A DNA stretch of 24,109 bases from a virus (Duplodnaviria; Caudoviricetes), in the IMG/VR virus record IMGVR_UViG_3300031519_000225, positions 1 through 24,109 of that record. One strand, written 5' to 3'. The translations under genes were made by a program, and so were the position numbers. The notes under the pieces are model-generated. The model was not told the origin of the DNA and did no database searches. It saw only the letters and a program-made list of their open reading frames with translations. Of the stretch, positions 16,381 through 24,109 are shown one piece after another (the first letter of the stretch is position 1; each line of letters starts with the position of its first letter).

Positions 16381-17018
16381 GCTAAAACGTCCTCCATAGC
16401 TTCTATAGTGATGCTACTAATACCTCCGACATCATTGCTCCATGACGGGTTGTTTCCCAGAATGAATACACCTAAAACCGGCGGTACAACATCAGCGTTT
16501 GTGAACGGTGCGCTCGCAGCTGTCGTATTCCTAAGCGGTGGCGCTATATTTACCGTTACATTGCCGCTGGAGTCAGTGTTGTAGCTATCTGTCTCTGTCA
16601 AAGATCCAGCATCCCAGTCGCTGACAACCATATGAAGCTCATTGCCGATCCTGAGATAGTCACCTGATTTCATATAACCTTGTGCGCTGCCAGGGCCTCC
16701 TGTCAATGACACTTCTGTGCCTGACTGACTTGCTGCAGCGACTAAAGTAGAATCAGCTCCTGCGCCTCGTCTAGAGTAAGCAAAGTCTCTCAACAACATC
16801 CTATGCTCTTGTCCGTTGAGACGGCTCAGAAACGCTTGCAGAGTCGCCTTTGTAACGCCCGATACATTGTTGTACTGCATCGTACACTTCCAGAGAGAGC
16901 CCTTACGGGACGCTGTCTGCACAGCATTAGTCAAAGGAGACCGGAACACCCTGGTGTTGGTGACTAACTCCCAAGTGCTAGATGTCGGACTTATGTCGGG
17001 GAATATAAACTGGGTCAT
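16377..17018 (-). CDS. Distal tail protein-like
   Basis: Immediately follows the tape measure gene; FRSPLT..VQT...W..T...AFLSRLNG and IAPPLR motifs. Confidence 0.7.
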   Translation of the reverse strand: MTQFIFPDISPTSSTWELVTNTRVFRSPLTNAVQTASRKGSLWKCTMQYNNVSGVTKATLQAFLSRLNGQEHRMLLRDFAYSRRGAGADSTLVAAASQSGTEVSLTGGPGSAQGYMKSGDYLRIGNELHMVVSDWDAGSLTETDSYNTDSSGNVTVNIAPPLRNTTAASAPFTNADVVPPVLGVFILGNNPSWSNDVGGISSITIEAMEDVLA

Positions 17019-18952
17019 ACTAACCTTCCTCTACCAGCCAGGTCCCTGACCGTTTGTATGGTTGTTCTGCTCGTTTTCTCCATAGCCGTGCGGATCTTCT
17101 GGTCTACTTCTGGGCCTGCCCCGGTAGCGTCTACATTGTTTATGATTGTAATCCCGGAGCCGCCACCGTTATGCATGTCAGTGATTTTTTCATTGGGATG
17201 TAGCATCGCCATAAAACCGCCTTTTCCGTCCATGCCTCCCGATCTAGCGCCGCGGCCGGTAAAACCACCTCCTTCAAACGAAGCAACTGCTTGAGCCATA
17301 ATGATTGCAGCACTGGCATAGCCCATGCCTCGGACTAGGTTTGAAGCCGGTATGGCGCCGAGACCGAATATTCCAACACCCATAGCAAGCATTTTTGCAG
17401 CAGCCAATTCGGCGCTAATAACAGCTTCTGCTGCAGCGAAAGACTTGTAGGCCAAGAAAGCAGTCTTCTGAGCAACTGTGCCTTCAGCGAAGCTGCTAGC
17501 CATCATTTGCAACCCTTGCAAAACGACTTGCTGACCAGCTTCCGCTATCTTCTGTTTCTTTTCCTGCTCTTCTTCAGCGATTCTCATCCTCTGTAGCGCA
17601 GAATCTCGCTCAATCGAAGTGATCATGTCTTCTCGGGTACGCGTGGCATCGAAGAATGAATCGTCTAATCCTGTGACAAAAGTTAGCCTTTGATTCTCTT
17701 GCTGAGATATAAGTTCGAGTTCTGACAAGAACCCTGTCCTCATTCCTTCTAACGTCTTCTCGGTTTTGAGCCTCTCTGCATCTCCCGTTTTATTGTCCTT
17801 TATTTCAGCCGAAACGCCAGTACGCAGCTCACGCTCTCTTTGCCTTCTGGCCTTTTCTGCCTCACTGTCAGTTTGAGCCGCGTCCTTCGATCTTTGACTC
17901 GCCATCTCTTGAGCGCGCAATCTGCGAATCAAGGCAGCTGCTAAATCTTTTTCCGCTTGAGTGAGCCCCTCCATGTTTTGCAGCTGTATGCCAAGCATTT
18001 GTGCAGGCGATAATCCTTCTGACTTTTGCACGGATTTTCTAAGGCTCTCGATAAAGCGGTCGAATCCAGAAGCAATTTCATTAGTAGCTGTTACTAATTC
18101 TGGGGCTCCTACCCGGCTAAAATCTTTGAGGTTATTTTGAAGAGTGCTCATTTCTGTATGGGCGGCAAAGAACCTGTCAACTAGACCTTTGAAATCCTCA
18201 TCAACGGGCCCCGTCGCTGCTTGAGACGATCGCAGTTCGTTTAAAAGACCCATCAAAGCTTCTCTACCGCTATGAGTGGTCATATCTAAAATATTCAGGC
18301 TTTTATTTAGCTTGTCGTAATCGTCTTTTTGTAGGCCAAGAAGTTCGTGAGCCTCAGTTACAGACGCGTTGTATCCAAACCCCGCTATAGCGACATCATC
18401 GAAACTGTTTACAGTGCTTGATAATTCGCCCTGCAGCTCAGTCAATCGACCCTTTGCTACTTCTATTGCTGTAAGACGCAAGTGCTCAGAAGCTTCTCTA
18501 GAAACCGCCGCAACCGAAGCAAGAGCGCCAGCATACTCAATGGCACCAGTCTTAGCGTCTTTTTTCATCAGGCTAGATAGACTCTTTACCTTATCATGCA
18601 GCTCCCCTGTTTTACCGGCGCTTTCAAAAAGCTTGGGAATCAAGACGCTAGCTAATGCGCCCGCAACAGCAACAAAGGCGCCTATAACTGCGCCTTGACC
18701 TCCGAATATAGATGCTATCTGAGATCCCTGCTGAGTTAGGACCATGAGCGGATTCTGGCCCATCTGAAGCTGGACTGAAATATCTTGAATTTGATGACCA
18801 AGCTGACCGAATCCGCCACGCATTATACGCAGAGATCCGTTTAGCTTTTGGCTATCTCGATTGGTTTTCTTAATGTTGTTTTGGACGCTTTTAAACGCCG
18901 AACCTGTATTGTCCGTCGCTGTAGCTGTAAAGACGTTTACGTTACCTGACAT
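17015..18952 (-). CDS. Tail tape measure protein
   Basis: LGHQIQDISVQLQMGQNPLMVLTQQGSQI lambda-type N-terminal motif; helical Ala-rich body; C-terminal FEGGGFTG...AMLHPNE. Confidence 0.92.
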   Translation of the reverse strand: MSGNVNVFTATATDNTGSAFKSVQNNIKKTNRDSQKLNGSLRIMRGGFGQLGHQIQDISVQLQMGQNPLMVLTQQGSQIASIFGGQGAVIGAFVAVAGALASVLIPKLFESAGKTGELHDKVKSLSSLMKKDAKTGAIEYAGALASVAAVSREASEHLRLTAIEVAKGRLTELQGELSSTVNSFDDVAIAGFGYNASVTEAHELLGLQKDDYDKLNKSLNILDMTTHSGREALMGLLNELRSSQAATGPVDEDFKGLVDRFFAAHTEMSTLQNNLKDFSRVGAPELVTATNEIASGFDRFIESLRKSVQKSEGLSPAQMLGIQLQNMEGLTQAEKDLAAALIRRLRAQEMASQRSKDAAQTDSEAEKARRQRERELRTGVSAEIKDNKTGDAERLKTEKTLEGMRTGFLSELELISQQENQRLTFVTGLDDSFFDATRTREDMITSIERDSALQRMRIAEEEQEKKQKIAEAGQQVVLQGLQMMASSFAEGTVAQKTAFLAYKSFAAAEAVISAELAAAKMLAMGVGIFGLGAIPASNLVRGMGYASAAIIMAQAVASFEGGGFTGRGARSGGMDGKGGFMAMLHPNEKITDMHNGGGSGITIINNVDATGAGPEVDQKIRTAMEKTSRTTIQTVRDLAGRGRLV

Positions 18953-19118
18953 TTTTGGTAGCTTCCTTTAACTTGTCTGCCTTTAGTTTAAGGAACGTAA
19001 ACCAAGTTTGAAACTCCGACACCGTCATTCGCAATACTACGTCTAACGGTTGGCCAAGGTGGTCTGCCAGTTCGTACATCATGTACAGGTCGGTGACCTC
19101 TCCTTGACCATCTAGGAG
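18942..19118 (-). CDS. -1 frameshift extension of tail assembly chaperone (gpGT-like)
   Basis: The -1 frame after A AAA AAC (19124-19118) reads LLDGQGEVTDLYMMYELADHLGQPLDVVLRMTVSEFQTWFTFLKLKADKLKEATKNVR*, filling the gap up to the tape measure start. Confidence 0.82.
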   Translation of the reverse strand, partial: LLDGQGEVTDLYMMYELADHLGQPLDVVLRMTVSEFQTWFTFLKLKADKLKEATKNVR

Positions 19119-19444
19119 TTTTTTTCGCGTTCCTCTTCGCTATCCGCTGCTAGCTTTAGCACAAAGTTTGCGACAGCTGATAGAACATCTGGGTCAACAT
19201 TATTACGAAGCTTTGGCTTGTCGCTGATATCGAACAAGGGCTCGCCTTTCTCATCGACGGCACCATAGATCACAGCATAAACCATGTAATCCGTGGTATC
19301 GTCTTTAGATCTAGCAAGCCACTTGGCCTTATCTGACAAAGACAAATTCTTAGCGAATATTGTGACGTCCCAATCTGGGACCTCCATTGATCGCACTTCC
19401 TGATTGCTAAAATGAGCAACCGCCGCGTCAATTAGAGAGCCCAT
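19112..19444 (-). CDS. Tail assembly chaperone (gpG-like)
   Basis: Between the tail tube and tape measure genes; VDEKGEPLF motif; ends EKNS on a slippery heptamer. Confidence 0.85.
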   Translation of the reverse strand: MGSLIDAAVAHFSNQEVRSMEVPDWDVTIFAKNLSLSDKAKWLARSKDDTTDYMVYAVIYGAVDEKGEPLFDISDKPKLRNNVDPDVLSAVANFVLKLAADSEEEREKNS

Positions 19445-19857
19445 TATGCTACAGCGTCAGGTGTTAGCGCGCCAATACCAGTAAGGTTAAAGCTGGCTTC
19501 TACTAAACCGTCAGCCGCAGCACTCTTGCTCACAGATGCGACTATAGCCAAACCTTTCCAGTAAACGCTTGCGGTTGTAATTCCGTAAGGATAAAGCTCA
19601 ACCTGAACTGTGCCGCCTTCTACGAAATCGTCTTGAGCTGCGTCTTCGTTGTCCCAGATGCAATTCAAAGTAGTTGACCAGCTTTTAGTCGTCAGCTTCT
19701 GTGAAGTCCAAGCATTACCCAAAACAGTATCGTCTGCTAGGTTTGCAGTGGTTTCCAAAGACCAATCTTTTACCTCAGCAACAGCTAGGGGAGTACCCGC
19801 TCCGTCTGTTGATGTGACAGCTTTTATACTGCCTGTGTGTCCAGCATGTGTAGCCAT
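19444..19857 (-). CDS. Major tail tube protein
   Basis: VAEVKDWSLE...DDTVLG...KSWS...ASFNLTGIGAL pattern; AGGAG SD; synteny. Confidence 0.85.
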   Translation of the reverse strand: MATHAGHTGSIKAVTSTDGAGTPLAVAEVKDWSLETTANLADDTVLGNAWTSQKLTTKSWSTTLNCIWDNEDAAQDDFVEGGTVQVELYPYGITTASVYWKGLAIVASVSKSAAADGLVEASFNLTGIGALTPDAVA

Positions 19858-19880
19858 TTCGAGCTCCTAAAATAAAAACC

Positions 19881-19900
19881 ATTTTAACCTAAAAACACCA
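19881..19900 (-). promoter_or_regulatory. Putative late promoter TGGT-N10-TAAAAT
   Basis: In the 46-bp gap before the tail tube gene; same spacing as the two other sites. Confidence 0.5.
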
Positions 19901-19903
19901 GTA

Positions 19904-20347
19904 TTATAGCGTTGTTTCCGGGTCATTTTCACTAGTGTGATAGATAACATCCACAGCCATTCTTGCGAAAGCCAAGGGTTGATCCCCTTCGCCAGCAAAA
20001 TCCGCTTCAAACCTGGTTATCTGCAGGTCCTTGGCGTGACCGTTTAAGGTCAAGTCTGCGTACAAAGCGTCCTCGATCTCTAACGATATCTGATCAAGCT
20101 GATCGTCGTAATTAGACGTTCCCTTGACATAAATCTCTACCACCACCGACAAGACTCTTTGCTGAAGTCTAGAGGCGCCGATTGTCGCGTAATCAATCTG
20201 CTCACTTAAAGTGTAAACAGCAAGCCCGGGCAACTTAGCTTCAGCCAGGGGATAAACTCTTGATCTGTAAACTCTAGAACCTGTGGTAGCCAGGCCCGTT
20301 AGATCAGTTACTATCCTGTCTCTTATAGTCTTTCTTGCATGAGCCAT
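19904..20347 (-). CDS. Tail terminator/completion protein (gpU-like)
   Basis: HARKTIRD...RVYPL...LP...VY...E...LDQISLEIEDAL pattern; directly upstream of the tail tube gene. Confidence 0.75.
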   Translation of the reverse strand: MAHARKTIRDRIVTDLTGLATTGSRVYRSRVYPLAEAKLPGLAVYTLSEQIDYATIGASRLQQRVLSVVVEIYVKGTSNYDDQLDQISLEIEDALYADLTLNGHAKDLQITRFEADFAGEGDQPLAFARMAVDVIYHTSENDPETTL

Positions 20348-20652
20348 TATTGTTTCTCTAAGGCCAAGTCTGTCAGCCCTGTGCCGTCATTCATGACGAC
20401 TCTTACAATGTAATTAACTCCGCTTATAACGACAGAGTCCCCCTCTGCAGCGTTAGCCACGTCAGACGTTTTAACCGCCAAACGAGGCTGCTCTACTGCA
20501 AACGCCACCTCACCGCCTGTATCTACTGCCTGGTATTCCTTGTCGAATATCCCGGTAATAGTAGATGCCGATCCACCAGACGGTGTGTATGTTACTGACT
20601 CACCAAAGTCAGCGAGCATAATCGCTCGTTCGACATCCGTTTCTACAGCCAT
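20347..20652 (-). CDS. Head-tail joining protein (gpFII-like)
   Basis: DFGESVTY...ITGIFD...GDSVVISGVNYIV...DGTGLTDLAL beta-barrel pattern. Confidence 0.78.
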   Translation of the reverse strand: MAVETDVERAIMLADFGESVTYTPSGGSASTITGIFDKEYQAVDTGGEVAFAVEQPRLAVKTSDVANAAEGDSVVISGVNYIVRVVMNDGTGLTDLALEKQ

Positions 20653-20915
20653 TATTCAGCCTCTTTTTGCTCTACCGGCTCTACTGGCTCTACAGGTTCT
20701 ACAGGCGTTTCTTCTTTCGCCTTTCTTTTGGTGGGCTTGTCGCCTGACAAACCAACGCTACGATTTTGCGCCTTCTTAGGCTCTTGCTTAACCTCTGCAA
20801 TGCGACCAATCGCTATAAGCTGATTGACCTCATAGTCTTCCAATTCAACAATGTCTCCAGTTTGGTGACCATTGCCTTTAATTACACAGCCTTTGATTAC
20901 TTCGTACTTCTTCAT
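20652..20915 (-). CDS. Small hypothetical protein downstream of capsid gene
   Basis: The start is reassigned to MKKYEV (ATG 20915, GGAG SD) because the ORF-track N-terminus crosses a GC hairpin. It has a Lys-rich tail and PVE repeats. Confidence 0.7.
   Translation of the reverse strand: MKKYEVIKGCVIKGNGHQTGDIVELEDYEVNQLIAIGRIAEVKQEPKKAQNRSVGLSGDKPTKRKAKEETPVEPVEPVEPVEQKEAE
20671..20706 (-). repeat. Four 9-bp tandem units encoding (PVE)4
   Basis: Plus strand tctaccggc tctactggc tctacaggt tctacaggc. Confidence 0.8.
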
Positions 20916-20933
20916 CTTAGCTCCAAGAGGATC

Positions 20934-20951
20934 GGGGCCCGATTGGGCCCC
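20934..20951. terminator. GC hairpin after the capsid gene (terminator or stabiliser)
   Basis: GGGGCCC-GATT-GGGCCCC 7-bp stem; no strong U-tract in the coding direction. Confidence 0.5.
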
Positions 20952-20980
20952 TTTCCATTTGCTTGTATTAAGCGTCACTA

Positions 20981-22930
20981 TTAAGCGCCGTCATTACCGT
21001 ATGCGAAACTAACAGCGTGACGGATTGCAATATCCATCATCGCTAACGCTACGATTCTTACACCGCCTGAAGTTGACAAGCTGTACGGATCGACCTTGAT
21101 ATCGACTCCACCAAAGAAGCCAACCAAGCAGTCACTGAAGTTACCGAAATACAGGTTACCAGCAGTAGCTTGATTAGATACGATGGAACGGTAGCCGTTG
21201 ATCGTGCCGCCAGGTTCAGCAACAAACTGAGCAGTGTTAGCTGCCTTTGGAGTGGTCTTCAACGCGCCGTACATGCCTGCAGGCAGGATGTAAGCAAGGT
21301 TACCAGAGAGAGCATTGTCTTCTGCCACAGCAGTTTCCAAAGTTACTACTTCTGGGTAGCTTGGTGTAGCAGCTGAAAAGTTAGCTACTTGGTTAACACC
21401 ACTAGTGTTCAAGATACCCGTGGGCTGACCTGATGAACCAGAGCCTTCCAATGCAGACAAGTCAATCGCCAAAGCGATGGCTTGTGCAAGGTCGTCACGG
21501 ATCAAGTTCTCAACATCCATTGAGCTCTGAACCATTAATTGGCGTGTTGCATCCGTAAATGCGCCAAGTGTGCGTGGAACCATTTGGATGTTGCCAACGG
21601 TCATTTCTGACTCGGCAGCAGCAGCACCTTCAGTTCCAATCCAGCCAGCAGCAGCTGAGGTCAACTTCTTGGGAATGCGAACGTCGCCAGACAATCCATT
21701 GAGGACTCGAGCACCAGCACTCATTACTGAGCTAGCGTTTCGGAGTACGTCAATGAAGTCACCACCACGGTAGTCTTCACCAAACAAGTCAGCATCGTCA
21801 GCTGAGTTCATGTCACGCTTCCAGTTCCGCAGAACGTCAGTAGGTAACATGATGCCTTCGGCTTCACGACCATACTGCTCTGATGCGGCTCGAGAGCACT
21901 CGAACTCAAATGCAGCTTCTTCTTGTGACCGACGATCATGCGGGTTAGCCAATGCACGTACAGCGCGCAGGATAGAGAATCGCTTCGCTTCCTTCTTGCT
22001 TAACCCAATGTCGTTAGACTCAAGAGCCTGAGTTGAACCGATTTTGTCTAAAAGCGCGCCTCGGAAGTCTTCAATAGAAGCTCCTGATGCGATTGCTTCG
22101 CGAGCCAAATCAGATTTGTTGTGTCGAGCGCCGAGCTCAACGATTTGTGCAGCGTTCTTCTGAGCAGCCTGTCGGGCCTCCGCTGCAACTGCTTTAACGT
22201 CAATTTTAACGTCTTCCATAGTTATTACCTCTATTTTTCGAGTTTCAGTTGTGGCGGTCTCTTCTTCGCTGCTTTCCACTGTCACGCTTTCGGCAATCTC
22301 TGTTGAAACCTGTGCAGATCTTCCAATCCCTATTTCACTCATGTCTGCCGGGATGCTAACAATGCTAGCCTCTAACGGTTTCCATTTACGAGCGACGTAA
22401 GTCTTGTCGTCCTTGCGTTCTAGACGTTCTATTTGGTATCCCACCGAGATATTCGATCTGATACCATCTTTTACGTCCGCATATACAGATGATGCAAGTT
22501 CACTTCGTCCAAAGCGAACCTTAGCCCGGAGTCGCCGGGTATCTTCATCCAGATATACATCTTCTATAACCCCAACAACCTGCTTGGGATCATGATCCAG
22601 CAAAAGGTTAGCCCTTCCGCTAGCCAGGAAGCTCAAATCAATGGCCTCCTTACTGTGCTCTAGCACCTCATTACCAAAACTGCGCTCAACGGCAGTTTCT
22701 GATGAGATGGACATCTTTACTGTCCTCTTATCGTCATCAATAGCTCTAGCGTCCAGGAAGTGACTGCGCTGAACAACTTCAGGATCATTGCTTCTTTCCT
22801 GGTCTTCGCTAGCTTCCTGCACCTCAGCCTCTTCTTCTGGCTGACCTGACTCGCTCTCAAGTTCATGCTTTGCGAACTCGATAACGTCAGTCTCTTCTGT
22901 CTCTTCGACGCTCAGTACATGGCGTTCCAT
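20981..22930 (-). CDS. Fused HK97-type prohead protease and major capsid protein
   Basis: Protease motifs LLLDHD, ISVGY and EASIVSIPAD, followed in frame by an HK97-fold capsid region (FIDVLR...GSGSSGQPTGIL...FGNFSD...VDPYS...DIAIRHAVSF). The start is placed at ATG 22930 with a GAGG SD. Confidence 0.9.
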   Translation of the reverse strand: MERHVLSVEETEETDVIEFAKHELESESGQPEEEAEVQEASEDQERSNDPEVVQRSHFLDARAIDDDKRTVKMSISSETAVERSFGNEVLEHSKEAIDLSFLASGRANLLLDHDPKQVVGVIEDVYLDEDTRRLRAKVRFGRSELASSVYADVKDGIRSNISVGYQIERLERKDDKTYVARKWKPLEASIVSIPADMSEIGIGRSAQVSTEIAESVTVESSEEETATTETRKIEVITMEDVKIDVKAVAAEARQAAQKNAAQIVELGARHNKSDLAREAIASGASIEDFRGALLDKIGSTQALESNDIGLSKKEAKRFSILRAVRALANPHDRRSQEEAAFEFECSRAASEQYGREAEGIMLPTDVLRNWKRDMNSADDADLFGEDYRGGDFIDVLRNASSVMSAGARVLNGLSGDVRIPKKLTSAAAGWIGTEGAAAAESEMTVGNIQMVPRTLGAFTDATRQLMVQSSMDVENLIRDDLAQAIALAIDLSALEGSGSSGQPTGILNTSGVNQVANFSAATPSYPEVVTLETAVAEDNALSGNLAYILPAGMYGALKTTPKAANTAQFVAEPGGTINGYRSIVSNQATAGNLYFGNFSDCLVGFFGGVDIKVDPYSLSTSGGVRIVALAMMDIAIRHAVSFAYGNDGA

Positions 22931-22965
22931 ATGAGTATCCTCTATGGTGTTTTCCGATTTGTATG

Positions 22966-22985
22966 ATTCTAATTCATAATCAGCA
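22966..22985 (-). promoter_or_regulatory. Putative late promoter TGCT-N10-TAGAAT
   Basis: In the gap between the portal and protease-capsid genes; same spacing as the two other sites. Confidence 0.5.
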
Positions 22986-23027
22986 TTATTCAAGTCAATG
23001 TTTTCGCTTCTATGTGTTGGCTTATAG

Positions 23028-24109
23028 CTAATCATCGTCTTCTATGACTTCTACAGCTGCTTTCTTTGCCACGCCAAACGGCTCTAGCGCGTACTTAATA
23101 CCAAATTGTTCAGCAAGCTGCCGGTCTCTGGCGATCTGAGCCAATAACTCTTCCGTATCCATGCCGTACTGCGCTGCGACGTGAGAAAGGCTCATAACTC
23201 CGTTCTGAACGCCGGCGATAGCTGCATTCATCTCCTTTAAAGGGTCAACCCAGCTAAAACCTCTGCCCTTGAAATCGACAGTGTCAGCAAAGCGATCATA
23301 CTGTTTGACGGGTATGTTAAACGTCTCCATCTCCATAGCACTTGCCAGCCATGCTCTATATACAGGCTCAACAAAGTTAGATATGAAGAACGCGGTCATA
23401 TTCTTGTACTGATCACGCTCCTCTAAAGCTCCTTGGCGGATACTGCTATAGCTTGTGCCTTCTAGGTCGTTACTAAGTGCTGCATAGGACACGCCTAAAG
23501 CACTAGATACGCCGCGTAAAATAGCTTTGTGAAAGCTGCCAAACTCGTTATTTGGGTACTGAGGGTCAAAACTTTGCAGCGAAACGCCCTGCGGTAAACT
23601 GGCAAACGTGCCAGGTTCGGCGGACATTATCGGGACATTACCATCATAATCATCCGCTATGAACCCATCGCCGCCGGGTGACGTAAAGAAGCCCATTTTA
23701 GACGCGCCAACTCTCGCGGCAACAATTGCAGCCTCCGTAAAAGCACCTAATTGCTTAATCGCGGAAATAGCCGGCGTCATCCAGGGCTCGCCTCGGCTTT
23801 GTCCGGGCCTTAGTTTCTTATAAACATGCACAACTTTGTCAGCATCAACCCTAATATGCTTAGGCGACTTAATCTGAGTAGAGTAGTCCCAGTCACCTGG
23901 GTGGTAGGTCAACATATGGTATGCAACTGGCTTTTTATACTTATTAACCTCTACACCCATTCGTATTTCGTTGCCGTTGTCCAACCTTTGGTTCTTTTGC
24001 TCATCGACCATGTCAGCTTCGATGATCTGCAACGAGAATGAGTCCGTAAAATCTTTATTCCGGTGCATAATTACAAAAGCTTCGCCATCTTTGGCTACTA
24101 GCTCGATAA
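23028..24109 (-). CDS. Lambda-family portal protein (5' partial)
   Basis: The frame is open to the right edge (IELVAKDGEAF...); GVEVN, RPGQSRGEPW, YSSIRQGALE and WVDPLKE motifs. Confidence 0.92.
   Translation of the reverse strand, partial: IELVAKDGEAFVIMHRNKDFTDSFSLQIIEADMVDEQKNQRLDNGNEIRMGVEVNKYKKPVAYHMLTYHPGDWDYSTQIKSPKHIRVDADKVVHVYKKLRPGQSRGEPWMTPAISAIKQLGAFTEAAIVAARVGASKMGFFTSPGGDGFIADDYDGNVPIMSAEPGTFASLPQGVSLQSFDPQYPNNEFGSFHKAILRGVSSALGVSYAALSNDLEGTSYSSIRQGALEERDQYKNMTAFFISNFVEPVYRAWLASAMEMETFNIPVKQYDRFADTVDFKGRGFSWVDPLKEMNAAIAGVQNGVMSLSHVAAQYGMDTEELLAQIARDRQLAEQFGIKYALEPFGVAKKAAVEVIEDDD

Noticed and set aside
20916-20978. N-terminal extension MTLNTSKW... of the post-capsid gene
   Set aside because: It crosses a GC hairpin, and the downstream ATG 20915 has a GGAG SD.
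22931-23035. 35-aa N-terminal extension of the protease-capsid ORF
   Set aside because: The region is AT-rich and contains the promoter-like motif; ATG 22930 has a GAGG SD.
1134-24041. Numerous short plus-strand ORFs and short alternative-frame minus ORFs
   Set aside because: They lie within well-supported minus-strand genes and show no recognisable motifs.
1-24109. CRISPR array, tRNA, integrase/att site or stop-codon reassignment
   Set aside because: I saw no repeat-spacer periodicity, cloverleaf or recombinase motifs; genes tile densely under the standard code and use TAA, TAG and TGA as stops.

Overview
This window is a 24-kb piece of a tailed dsDNA phage (siphovirus-like) genome, and every convincing gene lies on the minus strand. 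Read in transcription direction (right to left), it holds: a partial lambda-type portal; a fused HK97-type prohead protease and major capsid protein; head-tail joining, tail terminator and tail tube genes; a tail assembly chaperone with a -1 frameshift extension; a tape measure protein; tail-tip genes; a 2959-aa modular tail-tip/fibre protein ending in an S74-type intramolecular chaperone; accessory fibre genes; and a lysis cassette with three small membrane proteins and an M15 peptidase. After a structured ~120-bp intergenic region comes a compact recombination block (ERF, YqaJ-type exonuclease, short SSB-like, HTH, NinB-like, NinG-like) and an HTH-metallophosphoesterase that runs off the left edge. 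Five coding segments absent from the ORF track were translated by hand. The most notable unexplained signals are a candidate plus-strand ~45-50-nt small RNA with divergent promoters and inverted repeats at 3158-3261, a shared TG(C/G)T-N10-TA(A/G)AAT promoter-like motif ahead of three late gene blocks, and repeated junction motifs and duplicated domains in the giant tail protein. All family calls are from motif recognition, not database searches.
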